A stretch of 64,000 bases of DNA from the NCBI GenBank assembly GCA_963760795.1, contig CAVXEP010000035.1, positions 1 to 64,000 on the forward strand, read 5' to 3'. Below are positions 21,368-31,947 of the stretch, piece after piece; positions within the stretch are counted from its first letter, which is position 1; every line of letters starts with the position of its first letter. The translations under genes were made by a program, and so were the position numbers. A model generated the notes under the pieces. That model did not search any database, was not told the origin of the DNA, and saw nothing but the letters and a program-made list of their open reading frames with translations. Origin of the DNA: an uncultured delta proteobacterium (lineage in GTDB: Bacteria; Desulfobacterota; Binatia; UBA9968).

Positions 21368-22074
21368 CCGAAAAACAGTGGCGCGAGTGCTTGGGCGAGC
21401 TCGTGCGCGATTATATGCGCTCGCCGGAGCTGGACTTCTATTTTTCCATCAAGATGAACAAACCCAGAGCCGCGGTCATGGTGCAGCAGCAGAGTCTCTT
21501 CGTGCGCCACCGGCGCGACTGTTGGGCCCATGTGTCGGCCAATTGCCCGGTGATGGCGGTTAAGCAGCGTATTTTGGAGCATGAGTACGAGGAGATCATC
21601 CGCGACGATTATTCCGATTATGGCCATCTGCACTTGATCATTCGCCAGGGGAAATCGGTGGGTCTGGAGCCTGAGGCAATTCTTAACGCTGAGCCGACGC
21701 CGGAAACCCGCGCCGCGCTTTACGCCTGGTCGTGGATGACCAGCAGGATGGCGTGGACCGAATCGCTTACCGGCATGACGATCACCGAGTGGTGCAACGA
21801 CGATCGCCTGCTCGGCGACCTGGGCGGCGGACAGTCGACGCGCATGGCGAAAAAATGGATGGAAGACATGGGATTTACCTGGAAGCAGATTCCCAACATG
21901 CAGGCGCACAGCCAGGCCGACGAGAAGCATAGCGACATGTTTCTACCGTTTCTTGCCGAGCACGCCACCGGCGGGAAAGAAGCGGCGGCGCTTCAGGCCG
22001 CCAGGGATTCGCTGGCGTTCAACGCCATGTACCGCAAAGGCATCGCGCTGGCGCAGGAGAAGATTGGGCTGTAG
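21364..22074 (+). CDS. Heme-oxygenase-like putative diiron oxidase, subfamily A (paralog of 18730)
   Basis: RHRRDCWAHVSANCP identical to 18730; HEYEE..GH, TITEW, HSQADEKH; ATGA overlap with the SBP. Confidence 0.8.
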   Translation: MTEKQWRECLGELVRDYMRSPELDFYFSIKMNKPRAAVMVQQQSLFVRHRRDCWAHVSANCPVMAVKQRILEHEYEEIIRDDYSDYGHLHLIIRQGKSVGLEPEAILNAEPTPETRAALYAWSWMTSRMAWTESLTGMTITEWCNDDRLLGDLGGGQSTRMAKKWMEDMGFTWKQIPNMQAHSQADEKHSDMFLPFLAEHATGGKEAAALQAARDSLAFNAMYRKGIALAQEKIGL

Positions 22075-22201
22075 AAAATTGGCCGTGATGGAGTAGTGAA
22101 GCGTTTTGTCATCTTGCGGGGTGTGACCCACGCGTGTTGACAGATGGTAGAGCCGGCATAAACTAGTCGCACTACCACGAAACAACCCCCGAGACCTTTA
22201 C

Positions 22202-22399
22202 GTGCCACCTAAGATACGGGAACTGATCGGGGACCTGCAGAAAGCGGGGTTTGTTGACCGTGGTGGCAAGGGCAGTCATAGAAATTTTGTTCATCCAAAA
22301 GTCGGAAAACCGGTGACGATTGCTGGTAATCCGGGTGACGATGCCAAGCGTTATCAAGTTCGAGCCGTTGAGCTTGCCATTGAGGAGTCGAAGAAATGA
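22202..22399 (+). CDS. hicA: HicA-family toxin
   Basis: GGKGSHRNFVHP motif, 65 aa. Confidence 0.85.
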   Translation: MPPKIRELIGDLQKAGFVDRGGKGSHRNFVHPKVGKPVTIAGNPGDDAKRYQVRAVELAIEESKK

Positions 22400-22635
22400 G
22401 AGACAGCGCCAAATATGCCAAAATCGTCGAATGGTCTGATGAAGATCAATGTTACGTTGGCAGCGCGCCGGGCTTGATCTTCGGCGGTTGCCACGGTGAT
22501 GATGAACAAGCTGTTTTCAACGAGCTGTGCCGGATTGTCGAAGAAGCGATCGAGATCTATCGCAAAGATGGAAAGCCCCTTCCTCCGCCAACTTCTGGCC
22601 GCGATTTCGCGACGAAAATGCAGCATGTTGCCTGA
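22396..22635 (+). CDS. hicB: HicB-family antitoxin
   Basis: WSDEDQCYVGSAPGL...CHGDD; overlaps hicA. Confidence 0.82.
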   Translation: MRDSAKYAKIVEWSDEDQCYVGSAPGLIFGGCHGDDEQAVFNELCRIVEEAIEIYRKDGKPLPPPTSGRDFATKMQHVA

Positions 22636-22839
22636 TCGTCCTGTCATCAACACAATTCCTGGATTTTCCCTCAACAACGCCGACATGCGGCTTAAATTAA
22701 TGTTGGGATCGGACCGGTTGTTGTCATTTCGAACCCGGCGGTAGTGCTCAGAATCGGCGGCACAGTGAGAAATCATTTGATAGTTTGCACTGATACCTAG
22801 AGTAAAGCGACATCAAGGTTAATTGTTCAGGAGGTAATT

Positions 22840-23538
22840 ATGAGTCTTTGGCCGAAAGTTCGTGAAGAGTTGAACAGCATCGTCAACCAGCATTTTGACA
22901 CGCCGGAGTATCACCAACTGTTTTCCGTCAAGCTGACGCCGGCGCGGCAGAAGGTTTGGGATGCGCACTACCCGCATTACATCAAGAGCCGACGCGACTG
23001 TTGGGGCGCGGCGGCGGTGAAAGCGCCCCTCGACGTCAAGCGGGCGATCTGGGAGCATGAGAAGGACGAGTTGATCTTCGACAAGCGCATGGGCTCGGCG
23101 CATTTGACCGACCAGCAGATGGCCGAGGCCACGGCGGAGGCGAATCTGCTTCCGGGCGTGCGCGCGGCGCTGATGGCGTGGATGTACCTGGCGACGACGC
23201 GGCCATGGATCGAGTCGTTGACGGTCAACCACATCACCGAGCGCAAGAACAATCCGGCCATCGTCAAAGGCGGCGGCTTCACGGCGCGCTTCGCGCACAA
23301 GCGTGTCGCCGATCAAGGCGGTAGTATCGAAAAACTCGATATCAACACCAAAGTTCACATGGTCGCCGACGAGGATCATTCGGATATGTTCGAACCGATA
23401 TACGATCGCCACATCACCGACGAGCGTATCGCCCAGGCGGTGATCCGGTCGGCGTTGGACAGCCTCGCCATCGACCGCGCCTATCGCAGCGCGCTGGCGG
23501 TTGGCATGGCGCGCATCGAAGAGTCGGCGGCGGCCTAG
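22840..23538 (+). CDS. Heme-oxygenase-like putative diiron oxidase, subfamily A (divergent)
   Basis: RRDCW, HEKDE...AH, HITER and HMVADEDH motifs; AGGAGG RBS. Confidence 0.78.
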   Translation: MSLWPKVREELNSIVNQHFDTPEYHQLFSVKLTPARQKVWDAHYPHYIKSRRDCWGAAAVKAPLDVKRAIWEHEKDELIFDKRMGSAHLTDQQMAEATAEANLLPGVRAALMAWMYLATTRPWIESLTVNHITERKNNPAIVKGGGFTARFAHKRVADQGGSIEKLDINTKVHMVADEDHSDMFEPIYDRHITDERIAQAVIRSALDSLAIDRAYRSALAVGMARIEESAAA

Positions 23539-23647
23539 GCGCGCGCAGCGCGCTTGGTTGCGAGTTTTGAGTTACGGGTTTCGGGTTGATCGGTGCGGTT
23601 ACCGCGCGATGAAGCGCGTCCCTACATTGTGTGTAAAATGTGAATTG

Positions 23648-23704
23648 GTAGGAGCGCGGGCTTTCTAGCCCGCCAGAATCGCGGACAAGAATGTCCGCGC
23701 TCCT
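23648..23704. repeat. REPIN-like inverted pair of GTAG-type REPs
   Basis: GTAGGAGCGCGGGCTTTCTAGCCCGC...GCGGACAAGAATGTCCGCGCTCCT. Confidence 0.65.
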
Positions 23705-23775
23705 TTTTCGGACCGACGCGTCTCTACCGGTTGTTGATGTTCTTTACTCCACCGTCCAAGAGTTTTTGAGGAACA

Positions 23776-25351
23776 ATGCCGGACAAATTTACCGTCATTG
23801 CCAAGAACGGCATGGTGGCTTCGAGTCAGCCGCTGGCGACGCTGGCTGGAGTCGAGATCCTCATGAATGGCGGCAATGCCATCGATGCGGCGATCGCCAC
23901 CGCGGCGGTGTTGGGCGTGGTCGAGCCGTCGTCCATCGGCATCGGCAGCGATGCGTTTTGTCTCTTTTATTCCGCCAAGGACAGAGCGATCAAGGCGCTC
24001 GATGCCAGCGGGCGGTCGCCTTATGCGATGGGTTCGGATTTCTGCCGCAAAAGCCGCTTCAAAGAGATGCCGCAGCGGGGGATTCATTCGGTTACCGTGC
24101 CCGGGGCGGTGCATGGCTGGGCGACACTGCTGAATGCGTACGGCACGAAGAAACTGTCGGAGGTTTTGCAAGCTGCGATCCGCCACGCGGACGAAGGATT
24201 TCCGGTGGCCGAGCTTACTGCGGAGCAGTGGAAAGAGTCCGAGGCTCGGCTGAAAGCCGACGAGGGCGGGACGATCAATTACTTATTCGGTGGACGCGCG
24301 CCCAAGGCCGGCGAGATTTTCCGCAATCCGCGCATGGCGGCGACCTTGAAACGGATTGCCGCAGATGGCGCGGATTATTTCTATCGTGGCGAGGTCGCCG
24401 CCAAGCTGGTGCGCTGCTCGGAAAAGCTCGGCGGATTGTTTACGCTTAGAGACTTTGCCGATCATCGCTCCGATTGGGTCGAGCCGATTACCGCCAACTA
24501 TCGCGGCTACGATATTTATGAGATGCCGCCGACCACCCAGGGATTCGTTGCGTTGGAGATGCTCAAGATCCTTGAAGGCTTCGATCTCACGGCGATGGGG
24601 GCGAATTCCGCCGACGCGCTGCATGCTGATGATCGAAGCGAAAAAGCTGGCGTTCGCCGACCGCGACCGCCAGCTCGCCGATCGCGACTTCATGAAAGTC
24701 GATGTGCGTGATTTGTTCGCCGCCGAGCGGGCGGAGCGGTTGCGCGGGCTGATTCGAATGAACAACGCTGCCGGCGAATATCCCGACGCCTCAGGCGGCA
24801 CGGACACGGAGTATGTCGCGGCGGCGGATCGCGACGGTAATCTGGTTTCGTTTATTCAGAGCAACTTCATGGGCTTCGGTTCCGGTGTCGTCGAACCGGA
24901 GACCGGCATTATCTTGCAGAATCGCGGTCATCTGTTTTCACTCGACGCCAATCATCCCAACTGCATCGGTCCGCATAAACGCTGCGCGCATACGCTGATG
25001 CCCGGCATGATTTTCACAGACGGTAAGCCTTACGCTGCACTGGGTTTGAAAGGCGGCCATGTCCAGCCGCAGGTGCAGGTGCAATTGATTTCAAACCTTA
25101 TCGATCACGGCATGACGCCGCAGGCGGCGATCGCGGCGGCGCGCTTCAATCATCTCGATGGATTGAAAGTTGGCTTGGAGCCGGAAGTGCCGCAGGCGGT
25201 CAAAGACGAACTAGCGCGTCGCGGCCACCAAGTCGTCGGCGGCAATCCCGAGAGCTTCGGCGGCGCGCATATGATTCTTATCCACCCCGAGTCCGGCGCC
25301 TTTGTCGGCGGCTCCGACCCGCGCAAGGGCGGCTGCGCGCTGGGATTCTGA
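23776..25351 (+). CDS. ggt: Gamma-glutamyltransferase family (Ntn hydrolase), frameshifted near 24620
   Basis: GGNAIDAAIA, VPGAVHGW, DTEYVAAAD, GFGSG, QNRG and GSDPRKGG motifs. Confidence 0.88.
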
Positions 25352-25636
25352 ATCAAGGATTTAGCCGCAAAGAACGCAAAGTTCGCAAAATAATTCCATC
25401 GGATCGACTCAAATCTCGTTCTTGTTCCCTCGCCCTTTGGGAGAGGGTTAGGGTGAGGGCAAACGGGCGGTACAAAATCCGCCCATACCACAATCCCGGA
25501 GGGCGAGGAAGTAAGAGTCCAGTCGATACTTTCACAGTCAACCTCCTCATTGAGAATCTCACGATCCGCTTCACTGGCAAACTCATCTAAAATCAAATAT
25601 CACCACTGACAGGAATTCACTCAAGGAGATTCTGTC

Positions 25637-27232
25637 ATGGGTTATTTCAAAGATTTGCGGGAACATATCGCGGCGCTCGATAAGGCCGGGCTGCTGGTCA
25701 AGATCGACGAGCAGATCAACAAAGACACCGAGCTGATGCCGCTGGTGCGCTGGCAATTTCGCGGGCTGCCGGAGGAAGAGCGGCGCGCGTTTATGTTTAC
25801 CAACGTCATCGACGCCAAGGGGCGCAAGTACGACATTCCCGTGGTGGTCGGAACCCTGGCGGCGACGCGGCAGATTTACGGCTTCGGTTTGCAATGCGCG
25901 CCGGAGGAAATCGTCGATCGCTGGAACCATGCGCAGTCAAATCCGATCCCGCCGAAGATTGTCGACAAGGCGCCGGTGCATGAAGAAGTGCACATCGGCG
26001 CTTCGCTGCTGGAACATGGCGCTTTGGGCGAGTTCCCGGTGCCGATATCCACGCCGGGCTACGACTGCGCGCCGTTTACCACGGCGTCGCATTGGTTTAC
26101 TAAAGATCCCGAGACCGGCCTGATCAATGTCGGCAACTACCGCGGCCATATCAAGAGCCCGACGCGCACCGGCGTGTTTCTGAGCTCGAGCAATCATGGC
26201 GGGTATCATTGGCGCAAGTGCAAAGAGCGCGGTATTCCCTTGCAAGCCGCGCTGGTCATGGGTGCGCCGCCTTGCGTCGCTTACACCGCGCCGTCGCGGA
26301 TTCCTTTCAGCGTGAGCGAGCTCGACGTCGCCGGCGGTTTGGCCGGAGCGGCCATCGAAGTGGTGAAATGCAAAACCAATGACATTCTGGTTCCCGCCAA
26401 CGCGGAGATCGTCATCGAAGGTGAAATCTCCACGGAGTTTCTCGAACCCGAAGCGCCATTCGGCGAGTCCACGGGTTACATTGCCGAGAAACTTTTAAAT
26501 CCTTACTTCGAAGTGAAATGTATCACCCATCGGAAGAATCCGATTTTGGCGACGATCATCAGCCAGATGCCGCCAAGCGAGTCGAGCGTCATGCGCCAAG
26601 TTGCCGCGGAAGGAAACTATCTGCGCTTCCTGCGCGATCAGTGCAACATTCCCGGCATCATCGAGGTGGCCTTTCACAGCATCGCCGTGCGCCAGATCTG
26701 CGTCATCAAGATGAAGAAGATCAACCAGGCCCATGTCTGGCAGGCGCTGCACAGCATGGTCGGCTACAATCCGGCCACCGGCAAGATGGTCATCGCCGTC
26801 GACGAGGATATCAATCCGCGCAATCTCGATTCGCTGTTCTGGGCGATGGCGTTTCGCATGCAGCCGCACCGCGATGTCCTGATCATTCGCAACCGCACGC
26901 CGCAGATGGACCCGTCGGTATTTCCTCCGGGACACGAGCAGGGCTTGTCGGTGGATGAAATCGCCGGCTCCTCGGCGATGCTGATGGACGCGACACGCAA
27001 GTGGGCCTATCCGCCGGTGTCGTTGCCGAAGAAGGAATACATGGAGCGCGCCAAGCAGCTTTGGGAACGGTTGGAATTGCCCAAGCTCAAACCACAAGAT
27101 CCCTGGCATGGCTATGATCTTGGCTTGTGGTCCGAGGATGACGAGGCCGACGCTCAGGCGGCGGTGAAGGGCGATCATTATGAGACCGGCGAAAAGCGGG
27201 CGAAGCTGCGGGTGAAGGTCGAGAAACTATGA
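25637..27232 (+). CDS. UbiD-family prFMN-dependent (de)carboxylase
   Basis: NVGNYR, EIVIEG, EAPFGESTGY, VDEDINP and DAT motifs. Confidence 0.92.
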   Translation: MGYFKDLREHIAALDKAGLLVKIDEQINKDTELMPLVRWQFRGLPEEERRAFMFTNVIDAKGRKYDIPVVVGTLAATRQIYGFGLQCAPEEIVDRWNHAQSNPIPPKIVDKAPVHEEVHIGASLLEHGALGEFPVPISTPGYDCAPFTTASHWFTKDPETGLINVGNYRGHIKSPTRTGVFLSSSNHGGYHWRKCKERGIPLQAALVMGAPPCVAYTAPSRIPFSVSELDVAGGLAGAAIEVVKCKTNDILVPANAEIVIEGEISTEFLEPEAPFGESTGYIAEKLLNPYFEVKCITHRKNPILATIISQMPPSESSVMRQVAAEGNYLRFLRDQCNIPGIIEVAFHSIAVRQICVIKMKKINQAHVWQALHSMVGYNPATGKMVIAVDEDINPRNLDSLFWAMAFRMQPHRDVLIIRNRTPQMDPSVFPPGHEQGLSVDEIAGSSAMLMDATRKWAYPPVSLPKKEYMERAKQLWERLELPKLKPQDPWHGYDLGLWSEDDEADAQAAVKGDHYETGEKRAKLRVKVEKL

Positions 27233-27262
27233 CGGGATGCCGAATCATCTCTCGATCGCTAC

Positions 27263-28252
27263 TCACTTCACTCCCAACTCTTTCAACGCCTCTTCCGCCA
27301 ACGACGGGTCGACGATCATTTGCGGTGTGACCGTCGCCGGAATTACTTTGGCGTCTTTTTCGATTTGCAGCAGGATGTCGACGCCGTCGAGGGGAACGCG
27401 GCCGTCGCGGCTGAAGGAATTCACCACGACGTCGTAGGACTCGCGGGCGAGTTTTTCGTCCATGTTGAAACGTTTGCGGATGACCTCGGTTGTGCCGGCG
27501 GCGTTGCTTTGGATGAAGCGCAGCGCTTCGATCTCGGCTTTGAGCACTCGTTTGATCTGCGCGCGGTTATTTTTAATCCGTTCGATGGTCGTCCCCAGGC
27601 CGGAGAATGGGATGACGACGTGGTCCGAAGTCTGCGCCAGGACCGGGAAGCCTTCGCGTTTGAGTTGCACGGAAAACGGCGGCGCCAGCACGACGGCGTC
27701 GACCCGGCCCATCTTGAAGGTGTCGACCATCAGTTTCTCTTCGCCGATGGCGAGGATCTTAACGTCCTTGTCGATGTCGAGGCCGAACTGGCGCAGGGTG
27801 ATGCGCGTGCTGACATGGTTGGTGCCGCCGATGGAGGTCAGACCGATGACCGCGCCTTTTAGGTCTTTGATGCTTTTGTATTTGTTCTGGCCGATGACAC
27901 TGAAAAACGGCGCCTTGATGCTGGTCGAAATCGCCCGCACCGGTAGGTTGCGCGCCGCCGAGCGGATGATCGAACCGATCAGCTCGGCGTAATCGATGTC
28001 GCCGCCGAGCAGCGCCGCCATGGCGATGTTGGGACGCATGACGATCAGCTCCACTTCCGAGCCATGCTTGAGATACAGGCCGCGATCCTTGGCGACGAAC
28101 GGCACGAGAAATGCCATCGACGTGGTGGCGATGGCGATGCGGACTTTTTCCGGTCCTGGTTTTTCCTGCGACGGGAGAGGCGCAGGTAAGAGCGTGACTA
28201 GCGCAGTCAAAAACATTCCCACTCGAGCGATCCGTTTCCCTGGCTTTAACAT
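27263..28252 (-). CDS. NMT1/SsuA-type solute-binding protein
   Basis: Signal peptide; VAKDRGLYLKHG; IKDLKG. Confidence 0.85.
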   Translation of the reverse strand: MLKPGKRIARVGMFLTALVTLLPAPLPSQEKPGPEKVRIAIATTSMAFLVPFVAKDRGLYLKHGSEVELIVMRPNIAMAALLGGDIDYAELIGSIIRSAARNLPVRAISTSIKAPFFSVIGQNKYKSIKDLKGAVIGLTSIGGTNHVSTRITLRQFGLDIDKDVKILAIGEEKLMVDTFKMGRVDAVVLAPPFSVQLKREGFPVLAQTSDHVVIPFSGLGTTIERIKNNRAQIKRVLKAEIEALRFIQSNAAGTTEVIRKRFNMDEKLARESYDVVVNSFSRDGRVPLDGVDILLQIEKDAKVIPATVTPQMIVDPSLAEEALKELGVK

Positions 28253-28435
28253 CGTTGCTTCAACTCCGTTTCGTCTTTCGCATTGTCGTCGCCGACCTTG
28301 GCAAATATGTCCCAAAGGCGGCTGCAACTCAATGTTCCGTCGGTAGCGGTCTCGATTGGTTGACAGCTAACAGCGCTTCGCATAATTTCGCGGCGATATT
28401 CCAACAGAGCAAAAGTCGAAGAACGAGGGGATTTC

Positions 28436-29455
28436 ATGGTGCACGGTATAATCGCTTGGGTCGGCCTGTTATTGACTTTGAGCGCCGCGTCATTGTCGGC
28501 GCAAGAAAGTTTTTATCACGGCAAAACTTTGCGGCTAGTGGTGGGATTTAGCGCCGGCGGCGGATTCGACGTCTACAGTCGTGCCATTTCACGCCATATC
28601 GGCAAACATATCGCCGGCAACCCAGCGGTGGTGGTCGAAAACATGACCGGGGCTGGCAGTATGGTTGCGGCCAATCATGTATTCCGTGCCGCGAAAGCAG
28701 ATGGTCTCACCATCGGCAACATCAACGGCGGTTTGTTTGTCCAACAACTGCTCGGTTGGCCGGGCATCGAGTTCGACGCGGCAAAGTTTGAACATGTCGG
28801 CGTGCCGGTCAAAGACAAGGCCGTGTGCGCCATGACCAAAGCGAGCGGGGTCAACAGTTACGAAAGATGGGCCGCGTCGAAGACGCCGATTAAACTCGGC
28901 GCCACCGGGCCAGGCTCGGCGACGCATAATGTGCCTTTGATTCTGAAAGAGGCGTTGGGACTGCCAATTCAACTGGTCTCGGGCTATAAAGGCATCGCCG
29001 ATGTGCGTTTGGCTGCGGAGGGTGGCGAATTGTCCGGCGTCTGCGGTTGGACTTGGGATTCGCTCAAGGCGACGTGGACGCGAGCGCTGGATGGCGGCGA
29101 TGTTTCGATCGTTTTACAAACCGTGCCGCAGGCAATTGCTGAGCTGCCGAAAGTTCCGCTGGCGATCGGTTTGGCGAAGTCGGACGATGCCAAGCAGCTG
29201 ATCCAGGCCGGTATTCACGATGTCGCCGACATGACTTATTCCTACGTCCTGCCGCCGCGCATCGCCAAGGAACGCGCCGATACTCTGCGCAAAGCGTTTG
29301 CCGACACGATGAAAGATCCCGAGTTCCTCGCCGATACCAAGAAATCTCGACTCGGCATCGATCCGATGACCGGCGAGGAATTGCAACGCACCATCGCGCG
29401 TCTCTTCAAGACACCCGCTGGCGTGGTGGCAAAGTTAAGAGAGGTGCTGAAATGA
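28436..29455 (+). CDS. Bug/TctC-family solute-binding protein
   Basis: VGFSAGGGFD, VVENMTGAG and GYKG motifs. Confidence 0.9.
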   Translation: MVHGIIAWVGLLLTLSAASLSAQESFYHGKTLRLVVGFSAGGGFDVYSRAISRHIGKHIAGNPAVVVENMTGAGSMVAANHVFRAAKADGLTIGNINGGLFVQQLLGWPGIEFDAAKFEHVGVPVKDKAVCAMTKASGVNSYERWAASKTPIKLGATGPGSATHNVPLILKEALGLPIQLVSGYKGIADVRLAAEGGELSGVCGWTWDSLKATWTRALDGGDVSIVLQTVPQAIAELPKVPLAIGLAKSDDAKQLIQAGIHDVADMTYSYVLPPRIAKERADTLRKAFADTMKDPEFLADTKKSRLGIDPMTGEELQRTIARLFKTPAGVVAKLREVLK

Positions 29456-29976
29456 GCGCAGCATCGATGGTCGATCCGATTGACGGCCCTGCGCTTATTG
29501 TCGACGCCTTGCAAACCGCAGGTGTCAATTTTGTCGTGTCGCTGCCGGATGTCAATCTGTCCAAACTGTTGGCGGCGATAGACGGGCAAACCGATTTGCC
29601 CCATGTGACGCTGTGCCGCGAGGAAGAGGGCATCGGCATCTGCACCGGCGCGTACATCGGCGGGCGCACCGCGGCGATCGTCATGCAGAACGGCGGCTTG
29701 CTCAATAGTTGTAACGCGCTGACGACGACGGCGCTCAATTTCAATATTCCACTGCTGTTGTTGATTTACTACGCCGGCGACATCGGTGATGAAGGGTTCG
29801 CGACTCTAGGGTCGGTAACCGAGCCGGTATTGCGCGGCTTGGGCATTCGCTATTTCTTGCTGCGCAAAAATGACGAGATTCCGGCGACGATCAAAGGCGC
29901 CGTCACATTGGCGATCGACTCGCGCCGTCCGATTGCCGTGTTAATGAACAAGGACGTATTAGGGATGCGCCGATGA
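29452..29976 (+). CDS. ThDP-dependent decarboxylase alpha subunit (ComD-like)
   Basis: SLPD, REEEGIGICTG and MQNGG motifs. Confidence 0.85.
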   Translation: MSAASMVDPIDGPALIVDALQTAGVNFVVSLPDVNLSKLLAAIDGQTDLPHVTLCREEEGIGICTGAYIGGRTAAIVMQNGGLLNSCNALTTTALNFNIPLLLLIYYAGDIGDEGFATLGSVTEPVLRGLGIRYFLLRKNDEIPATIKGAVTLAIDSRRPIAVLMNKDVLGMRR

Positions 29977-30590
29977 AGCGTTACGACTGTTTGAAGATCG
30001 CGAAGGAGGAAATCGGCGATGCTCTGGTCATCACCACGGTTGGCGGTGCCGCCGCGGAATGGAATTCGCTCCGCCCCGGCGACGGTAATTTTCGCTGCCG
30101 GACTTTGGGATTGGTTTCATCGATCGCGCTTGGGCTGGCGATGGCACTGCCGAACCGGCGCATTGTCGGCATCGATGGCGACGGCGCTCTGTTGATGAAT
30201 GCCTGTGGCATGCCGACGCTCGGCTGGCAGAATCCGGCGAATCTGACTTTGCTGGTTTTCGACAACGGCATCTACGAAGCTTCGGGATTGCGCAATACGG
30301 CGACCAGCGCGGGAGCCGATCTGATGGCGATGGCAACTGGCGCGGGCGTCAAGCACGCGTCCTGGGCCGCGTCGCTGGACGAGTTCCGCGAACTGTTGCG
30401 CCAATCTCTGGGACGGAAGGCGTTGTCGATGATCGGCGTCAAGAGTGAAGCCGGCGAAGAGTATTTTAAGAGCTGGCATGAGCTCCCGGCTTTCGAGTAT
30501 GGCGAGGTAGAAAATCTCTATCGCTTCATGCGTCACATCGAGAAACTCGAAGGGCGCCGAATCGTGCCGCTGCCGGGGCCGAGGCATTAA
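29973..30590 (+). CDS. ThDP-dependent decarboxylase beta subunit (ComE-like)
   Basis: GDGALLMN...DNGIY ThDP motif; ATGA overlap with the alpha subunit. Confidence 0.85.
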   Translation: MKRYDCLKIAKEEIGDALVITTVGGAAAEWNSLRPGDGNFRCRTLGLVSSIALGLAMALPNRRIVGIDGDGALLMNACGMPTLGWQNPANLTLLVFDNGIYEASGLRNTATSAGADLMAMATGAGVKHASWAASLDEFRELLRQSLGRKALSMIGVKSEAGEEYFKSWHELPAFEYGEVENLYRFMRHIEKLEGRRIVPLPGPRH

Positions 30591-30765
30591 TCAAAAAAAT
30601 GCCGCGACGCTGGTTTTTCCGGCTCGGTGAGGAGTCGGACGACCGCCGGTCGCCCCTACGGGGAGCCTCACCCAGCTCTCGTCCACCGTTGTTGGCGAGG
30701 GGAGCGGAAACCGGACGGCGAAATCCTTTGCTACGTCCTTCGTTTGAAGTGAATCAATTCCCGCC

Positions 30766-31783
30766 ATGAAATTTGACGTTAGCTTATTGGTTCACGATCT
30801 CGGCCAAATGCCGGCGTTGGCGCGCTTTGCCGATGAGTTGGGATTCGACGGCATCTGGACCTTCGAAACTTCCCATGAGCCGTATTTACCGCTGGTGCTC
30901 GCGGCGGAGCATAGCCGTCGATTGAACATCGGTACCAGCATCGCCGTGGCGTTCCCGCGCAGTCCGACGATTACGGCGCAGATCGCTTGGGATCTGGCGC
31001 GCTTTTCCCAGGGCCGATTTATTCTCGGTCTCGGCACCCAGGTCAAAGGCCACATCGAGCGGCGCTTCGGCGTCAAGTGGGAAAAGCCGGTGGCCAGGAT
31101 GCGCGACTACATTCTCGCTGTGCGCGCGGTGTGGGAGAGCTGGCAGCATCAGACCCGGCTCAATTACCAGGGCGAATTCTACAAGCTGACATTGATGACG
31201 CCGTTCTTCAGTCCGGCGCCCCACGAATATTCGCGTATTCCAATCTTCGTCGCTGGCGTCAATCGCCGCATGTGCGAGCTCGCCGGCGAATTATGCGAGG
31301 GCTTTCATGTCCATCCGCTGCACACCGAACGTTACCTGCGCGAGAAGATATTAACGAACATTGAAGCCGGATTGGCGAAGAGCGGCAGGTTGCGCCAAGC
31401 AATGGAACTTTCGAGCAGCATTTTCGTGATTCCCACCGACGACACAGAACAGGCGGCCAAGTATGAAGCTGACGTGCGTCAACAGATTGCGTTTTATGCC
31501 AGCACACCACCGTACCGGCCGGTGTTCGATTTGGAAGGTTGGGGCGAAACCGCCGATGAACTCAAAGCACGCGCCGCACGTGGGGAATGGAACTGATATG
31601 CCGGGTCTGATCACGGATGAAATGTTGGAACGGTTTGCGCTGCGCGGTCGCTGGTCCGAGCTGCCGGTTAAGATGCGCCAGAAGTACGACGGGCTGCTCG
31701 ACCGAGTGAGTTACTATTTCCCTTTGGTGCCGGGCGAGAACGAAGCCGGTTGGCGCGCGACTGCTGCCGGCTTCAAACGGTAG
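30766..31783 (+). CDS. LLM-class (probably F420-dependent) oxidoreductase, frameshifted near 31590
   Basis: GTSIAVAFPRSP, LGLGTQVKGH, TLMTPFF and FYASTP motifs. Confidence 0.88.
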
Positions 31784-31947
31784 TAGCTATCGTTCATTTC
31801 TCCGCACGGCCGTGGAGCTTGGCAATAAAACCCGACCTTCGCACTTGTTCTACCAGCGACGTGTCCATCCGCTGAACCGGTTTAAGTTTCGCGCATTCGC
31901 AGCGCCATCGTCACCAGGTTCAAGATCGTTCCCCGTAGCTTTTGAAA

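Noticed and set aside
17768-22074. ThiY + TenA thiamine salvage, or PqqC
   Set aside because: The proteins carry the H-x3-D-x2-H and E..H metal-ligand pattern rather than recognisable TenA motifs, and there are no thi or pqq genes nearby.
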